Assembly (NCBI GenBank): GCA_019747905.1
Contig: JAIEQG010000013.1
Coordinates: forward strand, 50,482-114,481
DNA length: 64,000 bases
Reading direction: 5' to 3'
Source of the DNA: Burkholderiales bacterium
GTDB taxonomy: Bacteria; Pseudomonadota; Gammaproteobacteria; Burkholderiales; Ga0077523
The notes beneath the pieces were generated by a model. The model saw only the letters and a program-made list of their open reading frames with translations, searched no databases and had not been told where the DNA came from. This document shows, one piece after another, positions 51,807 through 62,269 of this stretch. Every line of letters begins with the position of its first letter. The first letter of the stretch is position 1. The position numbers were made by a program, and so were the translations under genes.

Positions 51807-52736
51807 TTACGCGGTTCCCAGCAGCCGCAGGACGGCGTCGGGCTTCGGCAGCGGTGCCACCGCGCCATACCCCGTACAAGTGAGCGCAGCTGCCGCGTTG
51901 GCGTAGCGCACGGCGCGGAAGAAGTCGTCGCCCGCGCTGAGGCGGGCGAGAAAGCTGCCTGCGAAGCAGTCCCCGGCGCCCGTGGCATCGACCGCCTGAA
52001 CGCGATGGGGCGCGACGCGTTCGCGTTTGCGACCGTCCGAGGCGATCACGCCTTCCGCACCGAGCTTGAGTGCGACGAATTTCGCGCCGAGGGCGTGTGC
52101 CCAGTCGACGATCGCCTCAGGATCGTCTCGACCCGACAGCACGCGTACATCGTCGAGGCTGGGCAGGAAGTAGTCGGCGAGACCGATGGTGGCGTTGATC
52201 ACGGCGCGCGCCCGCGCCAGCGGCCACAGCTTGAGCCGCAGGTTGGAGTCGTACGCGATCTTCGCGCCCGCCACCCGGGCAGCGTCGATGGCCGTGAACG
52301 CCGCATCGCAGGCGCTCGCACTGATGCCCTGGGTGATGCCGGAAGTGTGCAGATACCGCGCACGCCGCACCACGTCGAGCGGCAGGTTGGCGGGCGCGAG
52401 CCGGCTCGCCGCCGAACCTGCCCGACGGTAGCTGAACGCATGACCGTTCGGCCCGTGAGTGACGAAATACACGGCCGTGGGTGCGTCGGGATCGATCGCG
52501 ACCCCCGAGATGTCCAGGCCTTCGTTCCGCCACAGGTCGAGGAACAGCTTGCCGAAGTCGTCGTCGCCCAGGCGCGTCACGTAGCCGGCCCGAGCGCCCT
52601 GACGGACGGCTGCGATCATCGCGTTCATGGTGTCGCCGCCGAAACCCTGCAGGTAGCGGCGCGGATCGCCGGGCACCTGGTTGAATTCCACCATCGGCTC
52701 GCCGACCGAAACGATGTCGAGCGTGGCAGAGCTCAT
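51807..52736 (-). CDS. kdgK: PfkB-family sugar kinase, 2-dehydro-3-deoxygluconokinase-like
   Basis: LDIVSVGEPMVEFNQ...GGDTMNAMIAAVRQG...VDATGAGDCFAGSFLARL. Confidence 0.85.
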   Translation of the reverse strand: MSSATLDIVSVGEPMVEFNQVPGDPRRYLQGFGGDTMNAMIAAVRQGARAGYVTRLGDDDFGKLFLDLWRNEGLDISGVAIDPDAPTAVYFVTHGPNGHAFSYRRAGSAASRLAPANLPLDVVRRARYLHTSGITQGISASACDAAFTAIDAARVAGAKIAYDSNLRLKLWPLARARAVINATIGLADYFLPSLDDVRVLSGRDDPEAIVDWAHALGAKFVALKLGAEGVIASDGRKRERVAPHRVQAVDATGAGDCFAGSFLARLSAGDDFFRAVRYANAAAALTCTGYGAVAPLPKPDAVLRLLGTA

Positions 52737-52758
52737 CGGATGATGTCTGCGTGCTCCG

Positions 52759-53403
52759 TCATGCCTGCACTCGGCCGAGAAAGCGTCCGGCGTGCTCTAT
52801 CACGCGAGCGCGATCGCCGGTCTCGAGTGCGGGCAGGTCCACGATGTTGTTGCCCACGCCCACCACCACGGCGCCGGCGCGACGATAGGCCTCCATGTTG
52901 TCGAGCGACACGCCGCCGGTGGGACAGAGCGGCACGTCGGGGAACACCGCGTGCAGCGCTCCGAGGTGCGACGGTCCGCCGCTGCCGGCGGGAAACACTT
53001 TCACGATGTCCGACCCCTGGCGCCAGGCGGCGAGCACCTCGCCCGGCGTGAACCCGCCCATGAGGCAGGCGCGACCGTGCTCGTGGGCGAGGACGCCCAT
53101 GCCCGGGACGAGGCACGGCGACACGAGATAGTCGGCCCCGGCGTCGACGCAGGCGCGCGCCGTGTCGAGATCGAGCACGGTGCCGGCGCCGACGAGAAAC
53201 TCGGGGGCCATGCGGCTGCGCAGGTCGCGGATCAAAGTGATCGCGTCCGGGGTGGTGAGCGTGAGCTCGACGGTTCCGAAACCGGCAGCCACGAGACAGT
53301 CGATGGCCTGCGCCGCCAGCGCGGCGGTCTTGAGGCGCAGCACGGGGATGACCGAAGTCGTGAGCAGCCGGGCTGCCACCGGGTGCATGGGTTCGCGTTG
53401 CAT
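52759..53403 (-). CDS. eda: KDPG / 4-hydroxy-2-oxoglutarate aldolase
   Basis: Start at MQREPM (53403). Sequence VIPVLRLKTAALAAQAIDCLVAAGFGTVELTLTTPDAITLI...VKVFPAGSGGPSHLGAL...PTGGVSLDN. It lies 22 nt upstream of kdgK. Confidence 0.85.
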   Translation of the reverse strand: MQREPMHPVAARLLTTSVIPVLRLKTAALAAQAIDCLVAAGFGTVELTLTTPDAITLIRDLRSRMAPEFLVGAGTVLDLDTARACVDAGADYLVSPCLVPGMGVLAHEHGRACLMGGFTPGEVLAAWRQGSDIVKVFPAGSGGPSHLGALHAVFPDVPLCPTGGVSLDNMEAYRRAGAVVVGVGNNIVDLPALETGDRARVIEHAGRFLGRVQA

Positions 53404-53700
53404 GGGCCAATTCTCGTTGTCCCATGCGTGCTGGTGCAAGCGAGAAAAGAGGGCGGCACGCGTTAGGAGACCCGAGTGCGCGCCGCCCTTGAAGTTGCAG
53501 CGGGAGATGGTGAAGCAGTGCTCGAACGCCGCGCCGGCCCGGCAGCAGGTTGTGCACAGCGGCGCGGCGTCGGTTAGCACTGTGCCCGACACCCCCTTAC
53601 CGATGGGTTACGTATTGGTTTCGCAGTTCGGTAGGCGCTCCGGACCCGCGGGTGCTTCTGATAGACTTGCTGCAACGCAACAAGAAAGACGGGTGATGGC

Positions 53701-54483
53701 ATGTTGAAGGGCAGATCGGCGATCGTCACCGGCAGCACCAGTGGCATCGGTCTGGGAATCGCGCAGGCGCTCGCGGCGCAAGGCGCGAACGTCCTCCTGA
53801 ACGGGTTCGGCAACGTGCCGGAGATCAAGAAGCTCGCGGCCCGCATGGAGTCCGAGCACGGCGTCAAGGTGATCTACTCGGGAGCCGACATGAGCCGGCC
53901 GGCCGAGATCCAGACCATGGTGGCCGAGGCCGCGAGCCAACTGGGCAGCGTCGACATCCTGGTCAACAACGCCGGCATCCAGCACGTGGCGCCGGTGGAC
54001 GAATTCCCTCTCGACAAGTGGGACCAGATCATCGCCATCAACCTGACCGCTTCGTTCCACACCATCCGTGCGGCGCTGCCGCACATGAAGAAGCACGGCT
54101 GGGGGCGCATCGTGAACATCGCCTCCGCGCACGGACTGGTCGCTTCGCCGTTCAAGTCGGCCTACATCGCGGCCAAGCACGGCGTGGTCGGGCTCACCAA
54201 GACCGTCGCGCTGGAAACGGCGAAGCTCCCCATCACGTGCAACGCGATCTGCCCTGGCTACGTGCGCACGCCGCTGGTGGAAAAGCAGATCGACGACCAG
54301 GCCAAGGCGCACAACATCCCGCGCGACGAAGTCATCGAACGCATCCTCCTCGAGCGTCAGCCATCGAAGCGTTTCGTCGCAGTCGACGAGGTCGCCGCGC
54401 TGGCGCTCTTCCTGTGCAGCGAGGGCGCCGCAGGGATCACCGGCGCGGCTCTCCCGATCGACGGGGGTTGGGTCGCGCAGTAA
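53701..54483 (+). CDS. bdhA: 3-hydroxybutyrate dehydrogenase (SDR family)
   Basis: LKGRSAIVTGSTSGIGLGIAQALAAQGANV...NNAGIQHVAPVDEFPLDKWD...SAYIAAKHGVVGLTK...CPGYVRTPLVEKQI. Confidence 0.85.
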   Translation: MLKGRSAIVTGSTSGIGLGIAQALAAQGANVLLNGFGNVPEIKKLAARMESEHGVKVIYSGADMSRPAEIQTMVAEAASQLGSVDILVNNAGIQHVAPVDEFPLDKWDQIIAINLTASFHTIRAALPHMKKHGWGRIVNIASAHGLVASPFKSAYIAAKHGVVGLTKTVALETAKLPITCNAICPGYVRTPLVEKQIDDQAKAHNIPRDEVIERILLERQPSKRFVAVDEVAALALFLCSEGAAGITGAALPIDGGWVAQ

Positions 54484-55911
54484 CTACGTGGTATCGCGCC
54501 GCGGGCGGTTCAGGTGCGCGATTGCATTGGCGTAGTAGGCAAGCAGTCCGGTCTCGTCGGGGTTGGCGCGCACCAGGCCGTCCTCCTCAAGCACGAGGTG
54601 GCGCAGCACCAGCATGCGCAGCCCCACTTCGATGGCGTAGTCGCGGTCCTTGCGTGGCACGTAGATGCGGGCACCGCGCCGTTCCAGCTCCTCGTTGCGC
54701 GCCAGGGCGCGCGCCTTCAGTTCCAGCACGCTCAAGGCTTGTCCGCCCGCCTCGAGCATGATCGAGGCGACGAGGGAAACGGGCAGCACGGGAATGACGT
54801 CCTCAAGCCGGTCCATGAGTTCGCGGCCGAGAGTCTCCACGGCTGCGTGGCGTTCGGATTCCGGCATAGACCGGAACACGGTGCCGTGATCGCGACACCA
54901 CGCCCGCATCGACAGCGGGGTGCCGAAGTTGACGCAGGCGTAGCCGTAGCGATACCAGCGACCGGTCAGGAACTGCAGTACGTTGCGTCCCATGAAGCCC
55001 GCGGTCGTGAGACCGGCACCGGCAATGCCGCGCCGCCGAGCCTCGGGGTCGAGCTTGCGTTGCAGGGTCCGATCCTCCAGCACCCGGTCGTAGTTGATGC
55101 CTACAGGGATGAACACGAGATCCCGTGCGCCTTCCGCATCGAAGCCGCGCACCATGTAGTCGATCAGGCCGAGCTTGGGGCTGCGCAGTTTTCCGTCGAT
55201 GCTCAAGCCGCCCTCGGGGAACACCGCCTGGGTGACCCCTGCCTCGGTCGCCATCCGCACATAGCGCTGCAGCACCGTCCGGTACAGCGGGTCGCCGGAG
55301 TTGCGGCGCACGAAGTAGGCGCCCATCGCCTTCACCAAGGCCTGCAGGGGCCACACCCGCGCCCATTCGCCGACCGCGTAGGACAGCGCAGCGCGCTCCG
55401 CGGCCAGGAAGGCCACCAGGATGTAGTCGAAATTCGACCGATGATTGATGACGAACACCACCGTCGATTGGCGCTGCACGCCGGCGAGGCCCGCTTCGTC
55501 GACGTAGCCCAGGCGCACGCGATACAGCGAGCGCGCGATCGCTTTCGCCAGCCAGTACCCGATCCGGAAATACAGATACGCGTTGAACGAAGGCACGATC
55601 TCGCGCGCATACCGCTCCACCCGCCGGCGCACCGCCAGCAGCGATTCGCCGTTGTCCCGTGACTGCCGCTCCGCTGCCGCCTGCACCACGTCGTCGTGGA
55701 ACAGGCGGTCGATCAGGACCTGGCGTCGCGTGATCTTGAACGGCGGAATCTCGACCTGCAGTTTCGAGCCGAGATCCTGCAGCACGCGGTTGACCTTGCG
55801 CTGCACGTACCAGCGTGCCGTGGGGCGCACCAGAAGGTCGAGCGCGGCGAGTGCGGCCAGGATGCACAGCACGAGGAAGAACCACAGCGGAACGCTGATG
55901 CTGCCGCTCAA
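54484..55911 (-). CDS. membrane-anchored glycerol-3-phosphate / lysophospholipid acyltransferase family protein
   Basis: TTG start. An N-terminal TM helix is present. The acyltransferase HX4D motif is VFVINHRSNFDYIL, and a second family motif is AVFPEGGLS. The stop abuts the bdhA stop with a 0-nt gap. Confidence 0.85.
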   Translation of the reverse strand: MSGSISVPLWFFLVLCILAALAALDLLVRPTARWYVQRKVNRVLQDLGSKLQVEIPPFKITRRQVLIDRLFHDDVVQAAAERQSRDNGESLLAVRRRVERYAREIVPSFNAYLYFRIGYWLAKAIARSLYRVRLGYVDEAGLAGVQRQSTVVFVINHRSNFDYILVAFLAAERAALSYAVGEWARVWPLQALVKAMGAYFVRRNSGDPLYRTVLQRYVRMATEAGVTQAVFPEGGLSIDGKLRSPKLGLIDYMVRGFDAEGARDLVFIPVGINYDRVLEDRTLQRKLDPEARRRGIAGAGLTTAGFMGRNVLQFLTGRWYRYGYACVNFGTPLSMRAWCRDHGTVFRSMPESERHAAVETLGRELMDRLEDVIPVLPVSLVASIMLEAGGQALSVLELKARALARNEELERRGARIYVPRKDRDYAIEVGLRMLVLRHLVLEEDGLVRANPDETGLLAYYANAIAHLNRPRRDTT

Positions 55912-56028
55912 GGTTCGCGTCGACTACCGGGAAAGGGTCGGGCCGCATGGTAACGCGGAGCGCGTCGGACCAAAGCACGCCGGCCGCCGCGGTGTCACCC
56001 GCGGCGGCCGGGGCTCGGGAGGCGTGGC

Positions 56029-56313
56029 TTACAGGTGCGAGGCGAGAATCGACTGCGCGCTGCGCGGCTCGATGGCCGGATGCGTGTGGATGGTCACCAC
56101 GGCCGGCTCGGCGCCGGTCGCATCGCGGCGGAACACGATCACGGCGGGGTGATCGCCGTTGTTGTTCACGTCACGCGAGAAGCCGTGGGCCGGATGCAGG
56201 TAGAAGCGCATCGTCTGCTCGTACGTGCCGGCCTGATTGATCGTGTCGGACGCCTGAGCGGTCGAGGCTGCGAAGGCCGAAACAAGAGCGGCTGCAAGAA
56301 GCAAGCGGTTCAT
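56029..56313 (-). CDS. small exported hypothetical protein (94 aa)
   Basis: ATG at 56313 with AGGAG 7 nt upstream. The signal peptide is MNRLLLAAALVSAFAASTAQA. The upstream part of track ORF 56029..56499 is a non-coding extension. Confidence 0.6.
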   Translation of the reverse strand: MNRLLLAAALVSAFAASTAQASDTINQAGTYEQTMRFYLHPAHGFSRDVNNNGDHPAVIVFRRDATGAEPAVVTIHTHPAIEPRSAQSILASHL

Positions 56314-56384
56314 GGTGATCTCCTGTGGTCGATACGTGGTTGGAAATGTTCTCGAGGGCGGTTCGCCGTCGGTGCGCTGCCTGT

Positions 56385-56400
56385 CGCACCACGCGTGCCA
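56385..56400 (-). promoter_or_regulatory. sigma-54 (-24/-12) promoter candidate for the small exported protein gene
   Basis: The minus strand reads TGGCACGCGTGGTGCG. GG and GC have the canonical spacing of TGGCACG-N4-TTGC, with a single departure (GTGC for TTGC). It lies about 70 nt upstream of the ATG at 56313 and directly downstream of a sigma-54 activator gene. Confidence 0.55.
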
Positions 56401-56417
56401 GTCGAGAATCTTGAAAT

Positions 56418-56551
56418 CGATCAACAAGTTGATCGGAATCGCCGAGAACGACCCCGCGGCGATTCGTTGGGCCTGCCCAACACGCCATGCCGGGGGCATG
56501 GGCTAAGTCATTGTCGGTGCGCGATACCCGCTTGTTGGGCGCACCCAACAA
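56418..56551. promoter_or_regulatory. cluster of four dyad-symmetric sites upstream of the -24/-12 element (candidate enhancer/UAS)
   Basis: The four dyads are CGATCAAC-aa-GTTGATCG (56418-56435), GTTGGGC-ct-GCCCAAC (56465-56480), CCATGCC-ggg-GGCATGG (56484-56500) and CTTGTTGGG-cgca-CCCAACAAG (56530-56551). Two of them share the half-site GTTGGG. Confidence 0.35.
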
Positions 56552-56557
56552 GTCGAT

Positions 56558-57915
<1,358 letters not shown>

Positions 57916-57919
<4 letters not shown>

Positions 57920-58296
57920 GTCGGTGCGCCGTCGGTGCCCAGCTGTCGGGCGATCGCATCGAGCAGCACCTTGAACTCGATCGGCTTCACGAGATAGTCA
58001 TTCGCACCTTGCGCGAGGCGCGCGGCACGCTCCGAATGGTCGGCGCTCGCCGTCATGAAGATGAACGGCATGCGTACGGTGCGTGGGTCGGCCCGCAAGG
58101 CGGCGAGCACGGCGTCGCCGTCCATCTCCGGCATGCGCAGGTCGCACAGGATGAGGTCCGGTTCGCGCGTCCGGGCGAGCCGCAGTCCGTCCAGGCCGTT
58201 GATGGCGGTCAACACCTCGAACCCCTCGAGTGTCAGCACGCGGGCGTAGTTCGCCAGGATCGACGAGTCGTTCTCGATCAGCAGGATCTTATGCAC
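57916..58296 (-). CDS. single-domain (CheY-like) response regulator
   Basis: The GTG start overlaps the kinase stop by 8 nt. Sequence [13 protein letters not shown]...[14 protein letters not shown]...FIFMTASAD...DYLVKP. Confidence 0.9.
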
Positions 58297-60379
58297 GGGA
58301 CCCGCCGCCGATTTCGGGAATGACGACGGTGAACTTGGAGCCCTCGCGCGGCGCGCTGCTCACCGCGATGCGGCCACCGTGCAGTTCCACCGATTTGCGC
58401 ACGATCGCGAGTCCGAGCCCGGCGCCGGCAATGTGGTTGACGTTGCGCCCGCGATGGAAGGTCTCGAAGAGCCGCGCCTGGTCCTCGATCGGAATGCCGA
58501 TGCCGCGATCCTCCACTTCGAGCAGGATCTCGCGGCCGTCGCAGACCACCCGCACGTCGACGGTCGACTCGGTGGGCGAATACTTGATGGCGTTGGTGAG
58601 CAGATTGCCGAGAATGTGCCGGAGCAGTTCTTCATCGACGACGTGCTCGGCACCCACGTTCTCGAACCGCAGGAGCACTTGCTGCTCGGCGTGAGCTGCG
58701 GCTCGCGTTTCATCGACGATGCGCTGGCACAGCGCTCGCAGATCGAGCCGTCGTGGACGAAACTCCAGCCGCCCGGCTTCGGAGCGACCGATCAGGAGAA
58801 TGTCCTCGAGCATGCGGGTCATGCGTTGGACCGCACCCTTGATGCCACCGATGAGATCGGCCCGCTCGCGTTCCGTGAGGCGTTCGCCGTAGTCGGCCAG
58901 CAGTTCGGTCGACGACAGGATGGTCGCGAGCGGGGTGCGGAACTCATGCGAGGTCATCGACACGAAACGCGACTTGAGCTCGTTCAACTCCTTCTCGCGC
59001 GCCAGCGCATCCACCAGTTCCGCCTCCGCGGCCTTGCGCCGCGACAGATCCACCACGGTCCAGATGGTCCCCACGTTGAGGTCGCGCCGATCGATCGCGC
59101 AGCCGCTCACCAGGCACCAGAACGTGGATCCATCCTTGCGCCGCACCCGGCCTTCGGTGGTGAACAAGCCCTTGTCCACGAGCTGGCGGTTGATGACCGG
59201 GCCGAGTTCGTCGTAAGCCTCCGGGGAGCCATAGGTGTGGCGCACGGACTGGCCCACCAGCTCCCCTGCCCGATAGCCCAGCATGTCGCACTCGAAGTGC
59301 TGGTTGACCCAGACGTACTCCCGATTGCGCACCAGGGCGATCCCGATCACCGACGACTGCAGGATGGCCTCGCGCTCCGACAGCGTGCGGCGCAGATCCT
59401 CTTCGAGCTTGCGGCGGGAGGTGATGTCCATCAGCACCCAGATGCTGCCCAAGGCCGGATCGTCGGACTGGATCGCCCGGCCGCTGATCAGGCACCAGAA
59501 CAGGGAGCCGTCGCTCCGCTTCATGCGTGCGCGTGTCTCGTAGATGCGGCCCTGCGCGAGCAGCGGATAGGCTTCGGCGCCGAGGCGCTCGTAGTCCTCG
59601 CGCGACGGATAGAGCATCGCGGTGTTCTTGCCGGTCAGCGAACCCCGGGGGTAGCCGAAGAGGTGCTCCTCCAGCATGCGGTTGCACCACTCCAGGCGGC
59701 GGTTGCGCAGCAGGCCGATGCCGACCACGGAGTGCTCCAGGATGGCGGTCTTCTCGGCGAGTGCCACCTGAAGGCGTTCCTCGCTGTGCCGCAGCGCATC
59801 GTCGGCCGCCGTCAACTCGGCGAGCTTCTGCGTGAGCTCGGCGGTGCGCTCCGCGATGCGTTGCTCGAGGTCGCGGTTGAGTGCCTCGATCTCGGCCTTG
59901 CTGCGTCGGCTTTCGCTGATGTCCGAAAAGGTCACGACCGCGAACTTGCGGCCGTCGGCCCGCGTGATCGGTCGGAAGCTCACCAGCGAATCGAAGACGC
60001 TGCCGTCGCTGCGGCGAATACCCCATTCGAGCGGAATCTTCGGCGAATCCGCGAACAGGGCCGCGAGGAACTTCTCCTTCACCGCCACGACGCTGGGCGG
60101 GGCGCTCATCGAATAGTGCTGGCCGATGAGGTCTTCCGGTCGATGCCGGACCAGTTCGCAGAAGAACGGGTTGACGCGCACGAACCGGCCCTGCTCGTCG
60201 ATCACGCAGATGCCGATTCGAGCGACGTCGAACACGGTCGCGTACAAATCGAGATCGAGTTGATCGAGGTCCACGGCGGGCTGCGGGCGCTGGTGACGGC
60301 TGTCCGGTCGGCGAGGAGCCGCATTATCCTCCCGTCGCGCCGGGCCCGCGGCCGATCGATGCGGGCCGCCGGCGCCCAC
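58289..60379 (-). CDS. cytoplasmic multi-PAS sensor histidine kinase (start uncertain)
   Basis: There are three PAS-like segments and a coiled-coil linker. The H-box is SRFVSMTSHEFRTPL. The HATPase motifs are LLTNAIKYS, DRGIGIP and GAGLGLAI. No TM segments were seen. The candidate GTG at 60379 has GGAG 7 nt upstream. The track start at 60550 would overlap the divergent hydrolase gene. Confidence 0.85.
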   Translation of the reverse strand: MGAGGPHRSAAGPARREDNAAPRRPDSRHQRPQPAVDLDQLDLDLYATVFDVARIGICVIDEQGRFVRVNPFFCELVRHRPEDLIGQHYSMSAPPSVVAVKEKFLAALFADSPKIPLEWGIRRSDGSVFDSLVSFRPITRADGRKFAVVTFSDISESRRSKAEIEALNRDLEQRIAERTAELTQKLAELTAADDALRHSEERLQVALAEKTAILEHSVVGIGLLRNRRLEWCNRMLEEHLFGYPRGSLTGKNTAMLYPSREDYERLGAEAYPLLAQGRIYETRARMKRSDGSLFWCLISGRAIQSDDPALGSIWVLMDITSRRKLEEDLRRTLSEREAILQSSVIGIALVRNREYVWVNQHFECDMLGYRAGELVGQSVRHTYGSPEAYDELGPVINRQLVDKGLFTTEGRVRRKDGSTFWCLVSGCAIDRRDLNVGTIWTVVDLSRRKAAEAELVDALAREKELNELKSRFVSMTSHEFRTPLATILSSTELLADYGERLTERERADLIGGIKGAVQRMTRMLEDILLIGRSEAGRLEFRPRRLDLRALCQRIVDETRAAAHAEQQVLLRFENVGAEHVVDEELLRHILGNLLTNAIKYSPTESTVDVRVVCDGREILLEVEDRGIGIPIEDQARLFETFHRGRNVNHIAGAGLGLAIVRKSVELHGGRIAVSSAPREGSKFTVVIPEIGGGSRA

Positions 60380-60403
60380 GACCAGACTCCGGGACTCCTT
60401 CGA

Positions 60404-61381
60404 ATGACGATCCACTGGCTGGCGGCCCGAGGGCGGGCGCTGCTGTTTGCGATGTTGCTTCCCATGGGCAATCCCGCCGGCGTCGCCGCGGAAGAGTCGA
60501 CTGTGTCCGCGGCGACGCATTGGGTGCCGCGCGGCGACTACCGCTTGCACGTCTGGGAGAAGTACGTGGGTTCACCCGCGGGCAAACCGGTCGTGGTGCT
60601 TGCTCACGGTTCCGCCACGGCCGGCAAGGAAAGTTTCGATCTGGCGGTGCCGGGGCGGAAGGACTACAGCCTGATGGACCGCTTTGCGCGCGCGGGCTTC
60701 GACGTGTTCGCACTGGACGTACATGGCTTCGGCCGCTCGACCCACCCCGAAGGCTACGTCACCACCGAAGGTGCCGCCGAGGATCTCGACGCCGTCGTCG
60801 ATGCCGTGCGACGCGAGCGCGGCGTGGCCCGCGTCCACGTGATCGCCTGGTCCTGGGCCACGCAGTACGCAGGGCTCTTCGTTTCAGCTCACGGCGACAA
60901 GGTCGACCGCTATGTGAGCTACGCGCAGATGCATGCCGATAGCCCCGACATCGTGCGGCGTCGCGCGGATCTCGAGCTGTATCGGAGCCGGCCGTGGATC
61001 GTCGTGCCGCGCGACGGCTGGAAAGCACGGTTCCGCTCGCTGACCCCCACCGAGGTTACCGAACCGGACGCGATGGAAGCGTTTGCCGATGCCGCCGCGG
61101 CCATCGAGACGCGCACTTCCACCGGCCCGCAACTGGATATGGTGACCCGCCTGCCCATGGTGGATCCGACCCGCATCGCGGTACCGACGCTGATGATCCA
61201 TGGGCAGTACGACGACGTCGCCGATACGGCCGGGCTGCTGCCGTTCTTCGTGCGCCTGCCGAACCCCGACAAACGCTACGTCGTCATTCCGCGTGCCGGG
61301 CACATGATGCATCTGCAGGTCGGGCGGCGGGCGTTCTTCGATGCCGTGATGGATTTCCTGATGGCAGACGCGCCGCGTTAG
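60404..61381 (+). CDS. alpha/beta-fold hydrolase (exported)
   Basis: This is the C-terminal third of track ORF 58379..61381. ATG at 60404. The leader is MTIHWLAARGRALLFAMLLPMGNPAGVAAEE. Sequence VVVLAHGSAT...VHVIAWSWATQY (nucleophile-elbow-like)...IHGQYDDV...AGHMMHL. Confidence 0.8.
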   Translation: MTIHWLAARGRALLFAMLLPMGNPAGVAAEESTVSAATHWVPRGDYRLHVWEKYVGSPAGKPVVVLAHGSATAGKESFDLAVPGRKDYSLMDRFARAGFDVFALDVHGFGRSTHPEGYVTTEGAAEDLDAVVDAVRRERGVARVHVIAWSWATQYAGLFVSAHGDKVDRYVSYAQMHADSPDIVRRRADLELYRSRPWIVVPRDGWKARFRSLTPTEVTEPDAMEAFADAAAAIETRTSTGPQLDMVTRLPMVDPTRIAVPTLMIHGQYDDVADTAGLLPFFVRLPNPDKRYVVIPRAGHMMHLQVGRRAFFDAVMDFLMADAPR

Positions 61382-61408
61382 CGCCGCTTCAGGCTCCCCT
61401 CGTTTGCG

Positions 61409-62110
61409 TCAGGTGCGGCCGATGTCTCGCGATCGCCGTAGCCCGATGCCGGCCAGAAGCACCAGACCGCCGGACAGCAGCGCCCAGGTGCCGGGTTCGG
61501 GGATCGGCGCCGCAGCCCACGTCAGGTCGACCCGTACATGCGGGTCCCCGGTGCGGGCACACACGGCGCGACCGCAATCCGCAGCGCCGCTGACGCTCAG
61601 GACGAGGTCGGCGCTGAAGAACAGCGTCGGAGAGGGCAGTCCGACGGTGGCGGGTGGGAAAGCACCTTCGGTATTCTGGTTCCACGTGATATTGAATATG
61701 GTGGGAAAAGTGCCGCTCGCATCGGCGGCTGGCCCGGGGGTTAGGGCGACCCAGGTGCCTCCCACGCTGTAGCCGCCCTCCCAGGCCTCCGAGGGGGCGG
61801 CGCCGCTGACCGTCATGCCCGTAAGGGTGTAGCCGGGCTTGGCATCGAACCGTGCACTGGTGTGTAGGGTGACGGAATTGCTCTGCGAGGCCCCGACTTC
61901 CAGGAGGAACGGCGTTGCCGTCGAGAACCTGGTTGTCTGAGCGTTGTTGAGCACGATTCCGAAATCCGAATCCGGCTGGGACACCGTTACCGTGTAGAAC
62001 GGCGTCTCCGAGAACAGCACGATGGCGTGAGTGGAGGGCGACGCAGCGAGTACGAAGCAGCCAGCCGCAAGGGCGGCGCAAGCGGAGCGGGTGTGGCGAG
62101 CAGGACGCAT
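61409..62110 (-). CDS. PEP-CTERM sorting-domain protein
   Basis: ATG at 62110 after AAGAGGA. The signal peptide is ACAALAAGCFVLAASPSTHA. The C-terminus IPEPGTWALLSGGLVLLAGIGLRRSR has the PEP motif, a TM helix and a basic tail. Confidence 0.8.
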   Translation of the reverse strand: MRPARHTRSACAALAAGCFVLAASPSTHAIVLFSETPFYTVTVSQPDSDFGIVLNNAQTTRFSTATPFLLEVGASQSNSVTLHTSARFDAKPGYTLTGMTVSGAAPSEAWEGGYSVGGTWVALTPGPAADASGTFPTIFNITWNQNTEGAFPPATVGLPSPTLFFSADLVLSVSGAADCGRAVCARTGDPHVRVDLTWAAAPIPEPGTWALLSGGLVLLAGIGLRRSRDIGRT

Positions 62111-62269
62111 GACGATCCTCTTGGGGTCGAACCACAGCCGGGCGGTGGATGCCAATGGATTCCCATGACAATGGAATCGCATTCGCTACCGTGCGGCGAC
62201 TATAACAAGGAATCGTCGACGGGCAACCGGATCTTGGCGATTCGGGAGAATTTCGGCCCGGCGCGGCTC

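Noticed and set aside
58379-60403. N-terminal 675 codons of the 1000-aa plus-strand ORF 58379..61381.
   Set aside because: They are antisense to the PAS histidine kinase. Only the last 325 codons, from ATG 60404, look like a real alpha/beta hydrolase with a signal peptide.
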